Source of the DNA: Octopus bimaculoides
Taxonomy: Eukaryota
DNA length: 64,000 nucleotides
Direction of reading: 5' to 3'
NCBI RefSeq assembly: GCF_001194135.2
Contig: NC_069005.1
Coordinates: 3,133,109 to 3,197,108 of the forward strand
The position numbers and the translations under genes were made by a program. Under the pieces are notes generated by a model that did not search any database, was not told the origin of the DNA, and worked only from the letters and a program-made list of their open reading frames with translations. Positions 52,231 through 64,000 of the stretch are shown in pieces (position 1 is the stretch's first letter; every line of letters begins with the position of its first letter).

Positions 52231-52445
52231 CAGGGTGGCCTAAAAATGTAGGTTTACAGTTATCACGTAGGCGCATTAAATTTATTTTAAAACATTTTAT
52301 TACATTTAAATTTCTCTTACAATTAACTAGGTTAGCATAGAATAATGGATTCAGAATTTGTTTTAATAATTAAAATCTATATCGTTAATATATGTATGCG
52401 AACGATATAGTTGAATAACGGTAAACCTACTTTTGGGGCACCCTG
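52231..52445. mobile_element. 215-bp Tc1/mariner-type MITE flanked by TA
   Basis: Left TIR CAGGGTGGCCTAAAAATGTAGGTTTAC (from 52231) and right TIR GTAAACCTACTTTTGGGGCACCCTG (52421-52445). Both ends are flanked by TA, and the AT-rich interior is non-coding. Confidence 0.85.
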
Positions 52446-53344
52446 TATATATCAGAGGCGACTCCTGCTCATCAGCGTCACACACATTTCACATAACCCA
52501 TATGCCTGTTCGTTTTCCCGCTCTATTTCTAGCCAGAAATAGCTTAATTTTTTATATGTAGCGCTATGGTTTCTCCATTTCTAAGTTAAGGGTAAAAATA
52601 AAGCAATCCTCCAAAACACAACTGATCTTTGCACACAGAATAACAGCAATCAAATAATAACAGCGGATCGCACAACAAAGATCGGCAATCTCACTGTTAC
52701 CTGTATTCTTGACAAGAGATACCAGTTAGTCTTGTAAACCTACCAAGCTCGTTCGTATTAACCCGAGTTAACTTAAAGAAGAAAGACGAAAACGGGAAAT
52801 GTCTGTTAAATTTGATAAAAGATAAATAGTAAATAAAATATATGAACATATGAATAATGCAGTCCTTCTGATACAGGAAAAACTTCCAAATAGGGCCAGT
52901 CAAAGAACTCCACAGATCTATGATTACTTTGATCACTACAAACACGTGCCCTCGCCCAAATGTTGTGCTCTAACCTACAGGCGTGTGCTTAGATTAAGAT
53001 TCATCGACCCTATCCAGTTTTGCTGCAGTCGCCCACCATTTTACAATTCGCTGGAAAGTCACTTTACCTTCTCTACTATCACTCTGTTTTCGAAGTGATA
53101 TTTTGAACACTCGATAACGGCTTGGCCGAAGCAGAAGGTATTTTTTCTCACTCTTTCCATCCTCGTCCACCACACGACATCTTTCGCCATAATAACTATG
53201 ATAATTATAATAAAAATGAATTATTGAATGTTTGAGGAAGTAGAGAAGTAATGAAAAAATGTCAAACGGAAGAAAGGGGATTGTTTGTAGGATGAGTTTA
53301 ATGGAAAAGAGGAAGGAAGAATTTAGCAGTAATTGTATAAAAGG

Positions 53345-53460
53345 AAGGGGAAGAGAGAGAGGGGGGAAGAGAGAGAGGGGGAAGAGAGAGGGGGAAGAGA
53401 GAGAGGGGGAAGAGAGAGAGGGGGAAGAGAGAGAGGGGGGAAGAGAGAGAGGGGGTAAGA
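53345..53460. repeat. About 15-bp purine tandem repeat (GGGGGAAGAGAGAGA)n, about 7 units
   Basis: Direct reading. Confidence 0.9.
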
Positions 53461-53571
53461 GAGCGAGAGAAATAGAAAGGGGGAAGATTGTATAGATGAG
53501 GAATGGTGGATGTAGGATTGAGAAAACTTTTTAACAATTATGGATATGAGAAAATTAAAAACAAAACAGAA

Positions 53572-53628
<57 letters not shown>

Positions 53629-54246
53629 TAATGAGTGAGACAAAGAATTATAGAAAGCTACAACAGAATACATGCAGATGCATAAACATATACATGTATA
53701 CACACATATATATACATACATACATACATACTGTAATTGCAGTGTTATAGGATGCAATCTCGCTTAAGATAAACACCTACATGTTTATGGAAAAAATAGT
53801 ATATTTTGAGAAAAACTCAAAAATAACGATAAATAATACGCTCATACACTGGGTATGCCATCATTAATACATCCATATTTGTTGCATTTAAGCATAAAAG
53901 ATCACGTCTTATACGCCGACATGTACGACGGCTATTTTATAGGCATTTAGCGACCTGAAATTTTTCCTTCGACCGCTGCCGTACGTCAAAATAATTTCGG
54001 AAACTCGCAAAAGTTGGACTGGCTCCAACGGTGCCGACAATTTTGGTGCTAAGAAGATATTCAGGAACATTAGTGTTGCACTGTAGTGCAGTATTTTAAA
54101 ATAAATTTAATGACTATTTAACAAAATTCTTTTGAACAAGGAAAGAAATATGTCTTGCTTACTATGAATTCAGATATATATCGCTGTAAAATAGATATTT
54201 CTCTCACTCTCAAGCACCCACTCTGTCTCTCTCCCACTCTGTGTGC

Positions 54247-54308
<62 letters not shown>

Positions 54309-54944
54309 GTATATGTATATATATATATATATGTGTATCTACATATATATGTGCATGTATGTATAAGTGCGTAGGTATAAATATACATACATAATACTTA
54401 CATACATATATGTATGTATGTATGTGCATATATGAATATATTTATACAAGCGAGGAAATAAATTCAACACATTTGGTAGTAGTTATATATATATATATGG
54501 ACTGAGTTAAGCTGATGTTAAAAATACATACCGTATTCATACTTAAATAACGTCTGCATACATACATACATACATACATACATACATACACAGACCCACA
54601 TATATTTATATACAAACGTGCATAACTGTACAAAATTAATTCTATTTTGTACAATATTGGACTTTACATATCTTTTGCCAACAGGAAGCAAGTCAATATA
54701 TTTTGGTGACTCATATTTCTTGTGCCTTGCAACAGCAAATGTAGTTTGCAAATGTTTTATTTTATTTTTATTGTTTATTTTTTCGTTTTCAGTTGCTTCT
54801 TAAAACAATGAAAACTTTTCGCAGATGATACTTCAAGATACGCGAGTTTGTCTGAAAAATTTTACAAGCTAGGTTAAATATACTTTTGCAATTTAGTTCT
54901 TTCCATATGTGCTGCGTAAAATGATCTGTTTCAAAATTCATTCA

Positions 54945-55135
54945 TCTTTTACTTGTTTCACTTATTCGTACTACGGCCATGCTGGTGCACGGCTGTGAGG
55001 TTTTGAGCAAAACAAATCGATACCGATAGTTATTATTTTTTTAAAACGAATGTTTGGCACACATTCTGTTGGTCACAAATTTCGCTGGACGACTAACGGG
55101 TAAAGGGAGGTAAACATGGCAATACCGGGTGTCAA
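54945..55135 (-). mobile_element. Degraded SINE family A, 3' half
   Basis: TTTTACTTGTTTCAC...GGCCATGCTGGTGCAC...AATCGATACC...AATACCGGGTGTCAA. Confidence 0.7.
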
Positions 55136-55892
55136 ATGTATGTTATATTCGAGGTATAAATGTCATATAATGCAATATATATTATACCAATATATCTACT
55201 TGAACTTTTCTTTTGCTAAACATCCTAGATGAATATACTGGTCTATTCTTACTTTACAACTCCGATATGCACAACCTTCCTCCCCTTCCTAAGGTCTATA
55301 CTATGTTTTATACTATGGCATTTATGCATAAATTCTATCAGTTAGCAGTTTGCATCCGTATACTCAACATGCAGGAATTGAGCACCTATTTCGTATATGA
55401 TGAACTAACTCTGACGAGATTCGACTTACAAATAATTTCGAATTGTAATAATTAATTTTCTAAAGGTCTACAGTTGTAGAAGAATGCTTCTCAATTCTTT
55501 AATTAATAAATAATAAATTATTAATTATCTCTCTATTTTCTTATCTTATTTTAATAAATAGATATATATATACACCACAGTTTATGTACTTACCTTACAG
55601 GTGCGTAATGTTCTACATTCTTTGTGCAAGTCTCTAACAAGTACGATCTTACTACCCCTTAATAAGGTGTGTAACCTTTATTTATACTTATATATATATA
55701 TATATNNNNNNNNNNNNNNNNNNNNNNNNNNNNNNNNNNNNNNNNNNNNNNNNNNNNNNNNNNNNNNNNNNNNNNNNNNNNNNNNNNNNNNNNNNNNNNN
55801 NNNNNNNNNNNNNNNNNNNNNNNNNNNNNNNNNNNNNNNNNNNNNNNNNNNNNNNNNNNNNNNNNNNNNNNNNNNNNNNNNNNNNNNNNNNN

Positions 55893-55923
<31 letters not shown>

Positions 55924-55969
55924 ACAGACATATGCACAGGCACATACACACACATATATATTCTTTATT

Positions 55970-56510
55970 CTTTTATTCTTTTATTTGGTGCAGTCATTTG
56001 ACTGGGGCGATGCTGGAGTACCGCCTCTAGTCAAACAAATCGACCCGAGAACTTAAGCTTTCTAAGCCTAGTACTTATTCAATCGGTCTCTTTTGCCGAA
56101 ACGCTAAATTACGAGGACGTAAACACACCAGCATTGGTTGTCAAGCGATGATTGGGACAAACACAGAAACACACACACACGACAGGTTTCTTTCAGTTTC
56201 CATCTACCAAACACACCGACAAGGCTCTGGTCTGCCCGAGGCTATAGTAGAAGACATTTGCTCAAGGTGCCACACACTAGGACTGAACATGGAACCTTGT
56301 GCTTGGTAAGCAAACTACTTACCACTCTGCCACTCCTGCACATATTCGATAGGTTCCTTTGTTTTCTACAGTTTCTGTCTACTAGATTCACTCGCAAGTC
56401 GTTGGTCGGCCTTGGGTTATAATAGGAGACAATTGCCCAAGGTGCCACGCACTGTAACTGAACTCGGATTCCTGTGATTTGGGAGAAAATTTCATAGCAC
56501 GCAGCCACGG
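55970..56510 (-). mobile_element. SINE family A full-length copy (55970-56340) followed by a second 5' half (56360-56510)
   Basis: CAGTCATTTGACTGGGGCGATGCTGGAGTACCGCC...CTTTTGCCGAA...CTTTCAGTTTCCATCTACC...CAAGGTGCCAC...GGACTGAAC, then again CAGTTTCTGTCTAC...CCCAAGGTGCCACGCAC. Confidence 0.9.
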
Positions 56511-56539
56511 GGTGTAAATGTTGCCGGTTTTCGTTGGGC

Positions 56540-57026
56540 AGGAGTTACTTAATGTGATATTTCGTCAGGATTCAAAGTAGAGCTGTTGAAGTTTCTATAC
56601 ATTGTCCATTAAACTGTCCATAACTAACGAACTTCTTTTGGATATTACTTTCATTTGGAAAATTAGTTTGGTTCTTAAACCTTGAACCTGAACCTGTATA
56701 GAACGCCGTTAATTCTCGAAGAAAACATTTTTATTTATCTTGCATATCACATTTTAATGAAGATTGGCGCTGATTTTGCTGCTCAAAAGAATCCCAGAGC
56801 AATCTTCGCAAGAATCAGTTTTCTTTGTCGAGGTAATGCATACGATATTTTTTCTTGAATGTTCTTTGGTCGTCTAAGTTTTGTGCCAGTCTTCAACAAT
56901 TGTTGAAGTTGTACAGTCAACTTCAATTTTTTCTGCTATTTCAAAAGTTGATTTGTTTTGGTCGAATTCCAAAATGGCTATCAATTTACTTTGCAAATTA
57001 CAAAAGGTTGCCCAGACCTTCTTCAT
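56540..57026 (-). mobile_element. Possible decayed Tc1-like transposase N-terminal region
   Basis: The minus strand from the ATG at 57026 reads ...LQSKLIAILEFDQNKSTFEIAEKIEVDCTT..IVED, which resembles a Tc1 paired-like HTH. In other frames it gives PRQRKLILAKIA and SSTLNPDE. There are many stops and frameshifts, and no TIR was found. Confidence 0.35.
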
Positions 57027-58816
57027 ATTTAAAGCTCAGTTCTCAAACATTGAAATTTGATGAGAAGTAGATTCGTGGTAGCCCTCCGGCCAAATTGTTA
57101 GTTAATATTGGCAGCAGTTTCTATTGTTTGTCATCGATTTTGAACTCCATAAATCACTACATCTTATACATCCGCTATAGTGGCAGACAAACATTAATTG
57201 TTACTGCACTATCTTAATTATCACCTTTCTATCACTACTACGCGACTAATACTACCACATGACCGCGTCCTCCACTAACACCACAAGACTATTGATGCAA
57301 ATGCCAACACCACTCAAGGAACAGATTATCAGCAAAGCTAGGTTAATCACCAACACAATAGCACCACTACACCAAACGTTGTCATCAACTCCTCCTACAA
57401 GAACGATTACACACTCCCCGAAAACAACGCACCCTCTTCTATCATCAGTGACATAAAAAAAACTATGACCTAAACGTGACTCAATACAAGGACACCAACA
57501 GAACAACTCCCCTCATCGCCAACAATTCTACCATTAAAACTCATGTTTGAGGGTTGGAGCGACGACGACCGTCTGGTTGTCCGTAATGAAGACATGCCTT
57601 GCGCTGATACATTGTTTAGTGCAGAAGTTTTGCGCAACATCAACATCACTCTTTCGTCTGTGATCATTTTTAACCCAGCTGAAGGACCTGGTCAAGCGAT
57701 CTGGGATAGACACGGATGTAGAGGATGACCAAGATGTTATACTTGAATCGAGCCCTCTTGTTCTCTGCTATGTACGATGTGCTACAGCAGCCACCTTCCC
57801 ATGGGTTGAGTGAGGAAGGCTTATTCTGCACAGTCCCCCAGATCTAATTTTCTCTCGTAGAGGTAGGCAAGCGCTAGTATTCCAACTATCCCATAGCTGG
57901 GACACACACAGGTGCTACTACTCCTGGACAGAGTACAGACAATCCCTAATATTATCAGCAAAAATATACCACTGTGGTCAACTTCGCCTTTCATTCTGTC
58001 GGCGTTGATAAAATTAGAATCAGTTGAGTACTGGGTTCGATATAATTTACTTACTCAACCACCCCCCACCACAGGCACAAAAATATTGCTGGCCTTGCGC
58101 AAAAATTTGAAACCAATGATATCACCAAAAATTAACGCTACCATCAATAGCAAGAAATTGACTCCTAAGTAACGATGGGTCGCTGTGTAGTCCCTGCACT
58201 AGTAAGAAATATCATATATATGCACCTCGGTCCAAATTCAATCGTACTTCAACAGGAAGGAAACATTCATTAACATACTCGAAAAAACCTATGAGATTGT
58301 TAGAATTTTCAAAGATAGTTGATCTCTGATGTCGACTCTTTTCAAGATTGTATTATGGACAAATGAAGAGTGCCATTATCAGCAACAGCAGCACCACCAC
58401 TAACAACAACAGCAGCAGCATCCACAATTTCGCTATTACTTTAGTACTTAACACAAGAAGAGTTGCTAACTATAGTATCACTAGGTTATATGGCATATGC
58501 GTGCATGTGTGCATACACATATATATGCATGAGTCTTTGTTTGCTCGTGTGTGTGTGTGTGAGTGTGTGTTAGTATGTGACACATAAGTAGACGTTTCTA
58601 AGTGTTACTTGTTGCATCTTAGATAGACAAAAAAGCGGAAGGGGTTATGAGTATTGTACTTGTCTGTGCGTCACAAAGAAAAATAAGCAGAGAGGAAAAA
58701 AATGTTCTCCTTTAAGTGCTACCTACAGACAGATATGCATACGTATTCACACATAAATACATACATACACACAGATATATATGTCTATACGTATACTTAT
58801 ATTTACACAAACATGA

Positions 58817-58896
58817 AAACATATACAAACACACACACTACACGCATGAACACATATACAAACACACACACTACACGCATGAACACATATACAAAC
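58817..58896. repeat. 33-bp tandem repeat, about 2.4 units
   Basis: ACATATACAAACACACACACTACACGCATGAAC is repeated exactly. Confidence 0.9.
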
Positions 58897-58999
58897 AAAC
58901 ACACACACATACGCATACACCCCACCACACACACACACGCGAACGATCTCACAACCAATAATAATAATAATAATGATGATAATAATAATAATAATAACC

Positions 59000-59227
59000 A
59001 TAATAATTTGTACTATAGGCACAAGGCCTGAAATTGTTGGGGAGGGGCTAGTCAATTACATCAACTCCGGTGTTCTACTGGTAATAAATATTATGACCCC
59101 GAAATGATGAAAGCCAAAGTCGACTTCGGAGGAATTTGATCTCAGACCGGAAAGACAGAACGTAGCAGCAGACGAAATACCGCTAAGCATTTCGCCCGGT
59201 GTGCTAACGATTCGGCCATCTCGCCGA
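59000..59227 (-). mobile_element. SINE family B, full length, with (AAT)n tail upstream on the + strand
   Basis: TACTATAGGCACAAGGCCTGAAATT...GTCAATTACATC...CCCGAAATGATGAAAGCCAAAGTCGAC...GACGAAATACCGCTAAGCATTTCGCCCGGTGTGCTAACGATTC...CTCGCCG. Confidence 0.9.
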
Positions 59228-59238
59228 ATTACCTCTGC

Positions 59239-59352
<114 letters not shown>

Positions 59353-59549
59353 TATATTTTTTTCTTTGGTCAATAAAATTGTTTTCTACCTTGAAAGCAA
59401 AAAAACAAAAAAACAATCCCTACTTGATCCCTCAAACTTTGCTTTCGTGATCTGGACATCAATGTTTTGAAACAGACAACTTTTCCATTACATTTCAGAC
59501 ATATTCAATACCGAGTTGCTGAAGCAGAAATATCGTGATAGTAAATATT

Positions 59550-59750
59550 CTGCTGAAAAAATGCGCTGGTAAAATATCTTAGCAGCATGTCATTTGGTAT
59601 CACGTTCCCAGTTCAAACGTCAGCGCGGCTGACTTCTCCTTTCATTCTTTCGGGGTCAATAAAGTAAGTACATGTTGTACGCTGGGGTTGATGGATTGAC
59701 TATCTCCTCCGCAACAAATTTCAAACGTTGTGTTTACATTAGAAAGAATT
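59550..59750 (+). mobile_element. Degraded SINE family B, sense orientation
   Basis: CTTAGCAGCAT...CACGTTCCCAGTTCAAA...GACTTCTCCTTTCATTCTTTCGGGGTCAATAAAGTAAGTAC...CTGGGGTTGATG...AAATTTCAAACGTTGTG. Confidence 0.75.
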
Positions 59751-60862
59751 ATTTTTAGCAATTAAAAGCAAGAACGGAGAATTAAGCTTGTTGGTTTGTA
59801 TGTATGGATGTTTATATTGAGGGCGTCGGCTGATACTTCGGAACATTGCAGATCAAAATACAATCTGGCATTTAACAAAACGTATTTACATTTTAAGATC
59901 AAATCCCGTCGGAGATGTCTATGTTATGGATACTCGAAGTCATGAGGCCTGATATATTCCATTAAGGCAATCCCTGAAATTTATACACTCGTGACACGCA
60001 TAGAATTCAGTATGGGTACATAGAAAGTAAGGCTTCTTTTTATATTGCGTATTTATTAATAAGCTGGCACACACGCATGCACCAGATACAGGAATACACA
60101 ACACACCCCGTTATATATATTTATACACAGAAACACATACACGCAAGCGGAAATCAGCAATGCTGAAAAAAATTGAAGCGTTAGAAAGCCCTATCGTATG
60201 TTAAATAACAACGTAAGCATAATGCTTGTATATTACTGGTGAGTAGAAAAAAACTAAACACGGTGTGGATCTCTGGATTGATTATGTCATGGCTGTTTCG
60301 TGACTTCATCAATTGGAAAAAAATACCTCCTCTCGCGCTCTCTCACTCTCTCTAATTCTCAGTTTTACCATTTATGGAAACAGCCTCTGATTCCTACAGC
60401 ATTGGCGACCGGGTGAGATTCACTGATGAGGATTAATCAAATCCGAAATCTTCGATGATCTGGAATTATCACGGTTGCTGCAGAGTGGTTATCTCCCTTG
60501 TCAGTCATTAGATAAATGCTTCCCCGTGGCTAAGAGTTTTTTCTGACTCTTTTTTATTTCTTGCAATGCTGGACCTAACTAGCACCCAAAGTCACCTTAC
60601 TGACGTCTATATTTGTGCCTATCTGTAGTAAAGTGCGAATAAGCCACCTTAATCATTTACACAAAGAAACACACACACACACATCCACACACATATTGCC
60701 CGAAATGGTCGTGACTTCTGGTACTTGACTGAGGAAAGAAAGCCACGAATGACCCGTCATTTTTTTTTACCTGTCCTTCTGATTTTTGTTCCTCTTGTCT
60801 GCCTTTGTATCGTCTATCTATCTGTCCGAATGTTTTAATATCCTGTATTGCGTTTTTGTTCC

Positions 60863-60902
<40 letters not shown>

Positions 60903-61036
60903 AATTTGTTGAACCGTTTTCTATATGCAAATAAAGGTCTTGTGACATTATGCCGGATACAGTCTAATTATGGTACGGAAAAACAGCATTCTTTATGGGA
61001 TGACCCAATATATATATATATATTATATATATATAT

Positions 61037-61194
61037 GACAGACTTCTTTCAGTTTCCGTCTACCAAATCCACTCGCAAGGCTATGGTCGGTCCGGGGCTA
61101 TAGTAGAAGACACTTGCCGAAGCTGCCACTTTGTGGAACTGAACCCGGAAGCATGTGGTTAGCAAGCAAGCTACCTACCACGTAACTACGCCTG
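61037..61194 (-). mobile_element. SINE family A, 5' half, preceded by (TA)n
   Basis: CTTCTTTCAGTTTCCGTCTACCAAATCCACTCGCAAGGCTATGGTCGG...GCTATAGTAGAAGACACTTGCC...GGAACTGAACCCGGAAGCATGTGGTT...CAAGCTAC. Confidence 0.9.
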
Positions 61195-61797
61195 TTCGCT
61201 TTTTGATAATGATTTTTCAACGTATGAACTTATAAACGATTCCCTTCCCTTAAGTTGCAATTCCAAGTAATTCAACAACCTGAAACAACAGAAAGCAAAC
61301 ATTTTTCAATTATAAAATTGGATGCAGCCGTTCACTTGCTAATTAATTCCATGAGTGAATTTTCAGAATATTTCATCTGCCATTTTAGCATCTTGCTGCA
61401 GATAAAAATCACATCTGGACATAATATTAAGCATTCATTCTAACCCTTCCAATTTAATAGTTTAAAATTACTGTATCATCATCACCATCGTGATCATCAT
61501 TACAATTCGTATTCTTCTTCTTTTTGGCGTATGTTGGTGTCATTTTCTTCCTACTTTAGATCCTTTTCTTCGTAATACATCTCAGTTTAGTGCTTTGACC
61601 ACACAGTAATGTCTGCGTCTACAATCCTTCTGTGCATACCGGTTTCCACTTTCTCATTACGTACTCTATATTTCGCAGTTTTAGCGATTTGTGCCTTGAT
61701 TCTATTCCTCCACAACGATGACTTCCCTTGAGAATTCATTATAAGTCTATCCGTATTTTTTCTTAAGGTCTCCATTCAGCCTTAATCAAGGCGCTGT

Positions 61798-61885
<88 letters not shown>

Positions 61886-62455
61886 ACTACTACTACTATT
61901 GCTTCAATTTATCAGTATTACGAGGTGAGTTATGCTTCATACGTGTTATTGTCAGTGCTCTTAACCAGAGGAGAGTTACGCTAATTGATAACTTTGACTG
62001 CACTATTGGTGTTATTTTCACACTTCTGCCATTTTGATTAAAAGATTTCAGCAATTGGATTCGTGTGTACAAGTTCAATGACATAATTATCATAAGACAT
62101 ATAGAAAAGTAAGAATATTAAATTCTTTGTTATCAAATTCTTTATATAAAATTGTTTTGCGTAATATTTTGACAGAAATTTTGAATGGAAAATTTCACAA
62201 ATTGTAATATATATATAGAACACATTGTCACTAGAGATGGAAATATAAATAGATATGTGTGTGTGTGTGCGTGTCAGTGTTTTAGGGTAAGCGTACGTGC
62301 GTGTGTGTATATGTATCTAGATTTATGTTGGAATTATCGAAGAGATACGTTAATTGTAGAAAGTAAGTTTTAATTGATGCAATTTATAATAAATATATTT
62401 GCAATATTTATATGTATATATGATCTATACAACATACAAACACAGACACATATAT

Positions 62456-62500
<45 letters not shown>

Positions 62501-62741
62501 NNNNNNNNNNNNNNNNNNNNNNNNNNNNNNNNNNNNNNNNNNNNNNNNNNNNNNNNNNNNNNNNNNNNNNNNNNNNNNNNNNNNNNNNNNNNNNNNNNNN
62601 NNNNNNNNNNNNNNNNNNNNNNNNNNNNNNNNNNNNNNNNNNNNNNNNNNNNNNNNNNNNNNNNNNNNNNNNNNNNNNNGTTCTCATAGAATGCTTATAA
62701 ATCTATGATCTATCTATCTATGTATATATATATATATAAAT

Positions 62742-62795
<54 letters not shown>

Positions 62796-64000
62796 GTCAT
62801 GTATCTATGTTTAACTCTCTCACTTTCTCTCTGAGAGCTACTGTTGGAGAACGAAAAAGAGGAAAGGAGAAAAAGCGAGAATAACGTAAGAAAGCCGGTG
62901 AAGGTACATCATCGATTTGCGGCAGGCTTCCACGAAATCAGTCAAATGAAATAAACCAACTGATTGATCACAGATATTATTTTTAGTTAATTAGTACAAG
63001 TTGGCAGACAATGATAATAATAATAAACTTGCATATACATACAATATATATACAAGCATGTATGTGTATATATATTTACATATATTTACACACACATACA
63101 CACACACACCCACACACACACACACACACACATATACATATATATATATATATATATAAATTATGGAAAAAGAGAGTGAAATAAAGGAGGCGCGGTTGTA
63201 ATTTATTTGAAAAATGGTACTGCCAGTGCATAACAATATCTATAGTGATCCACGAATTCTCTTGGAGCCATTTGCAACAGAAATACAAAATATTCTTTCT
63301 GTCTTCTGTCTAACGTTTACTCTATTTGTTTGTGTGTGTATATATATATNNNNNNNNNNNNNNNNNNNNNNNNNNNNNNNNNNNNNNNNNNNNNNNNNNN
63401 NNNNNNNNNNNNNNNNNNNNNNNNNNNNNNNNNNNNNNNNNNNNNNNNNNNNNNNNNNNNNNNNNNNNNNNNNNNNNNNNNNNNNNNNNNNNNNNNNNNN
63501 NNNNNNNNNNNNNNNNNNNNNNNNNNNNNNNNNNNNNNNNNNNNNNNNNNNNNNNNNNNNNNNNNNNNNNNNNNNNNNNNNNNNNNNNNNNNNNNNNNNN
63601 NNNNNNNNNNNNNNNNNNNNNNNNNNNNNNNNNNNNNNNNNNNNNNNNNNNNNNNNNNNNNNNNNNNNNNNNNNNNNNNNNNNNNNNNNNNNNNTATATA
63701 TATATATATATGCTGGTTAGAGAAACAAGAATTCATCTACCAAATTTCGCAAATCGAGATTATGGTGGAAGGAACTTGCCCAAGGATTGGCCTGATGTTT
63801 GCCTTTGGACGAGCTCGCTCGTTGTGATTACCATTTCTAACCAGAGAAGCTCAGCAGTCACAAAGTTTATCAGTGGAATGTAATTATTAGATCCCAGGGG
63901 AAAAGATAACAATGTAGATGGGATAGGAAGAAATGATGAAGATGAAGAGGAAGAAGGAAAATCGGAAGCTGTATGATTTTGTTGGGATGGTTTTTTCCTT

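Noticed and set aside
52697-52772. Minus-strand 71-nt acceptor/donor pair (LTRVNTNELGRFTRLTGISCQEYR)
   Set aside because: The signals are plausible, but it cannot be linked to the 48895 exon, which lacks an acceptor, and I recognise no homology.
56891-56908. 18-bp perfect palindrome CTTCAACAATTGTTGAAG (and a 16-bp one at about 20208-20223)
   Set aside because: Isolated short palindromes with no supporting context; plausible by chance or local strand-switch mutation.
60420-60550. TGATGA (C-box-like) with a downstream CTGA
   Set aside because: No terminal stem or convincing D/D' arrangement, and no recognisable rRNA antisense element.

Overview
Eukaryotic, very AT-rich, repeat-dominated sequence from a draft short-read assembly, with 18 N-gaps (about 6.4 kb), most flanked by (TA)n. 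The microsatellite density and SINE families look to me like a coleoid cephalopod (Octopus-like) genome; this is an inference. There is no complete gene. Essentially all ORFs in the supplied track are read-through of microsatellites or N-runs. Supported content: (1) dozens of copies of three tRNA-derived SINE families, called A, B and C here; (2) transposon fossils, namely a CR1/L2-type LINE endonuclease split by a 222-bp insert with a 10-bp target-site duplication, a hAT remnant, two related Tc1/mariner-type MITEs and two weak Tc1/mariner transposase remnants; (3) several old local duplications; (4) candidate exons. The best candidate is a minus-strand start exon (48820-48895, MTYIQRFNSFGYPYTIFIGFMAAMN, phase-1 GTAAGT donor). 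A duplicated exon-like or structured module lies at about 28.3 and 34.2 kb. I did not find a confidently supported novel biological system; the best leads are ranked in the findings as hypotheses.
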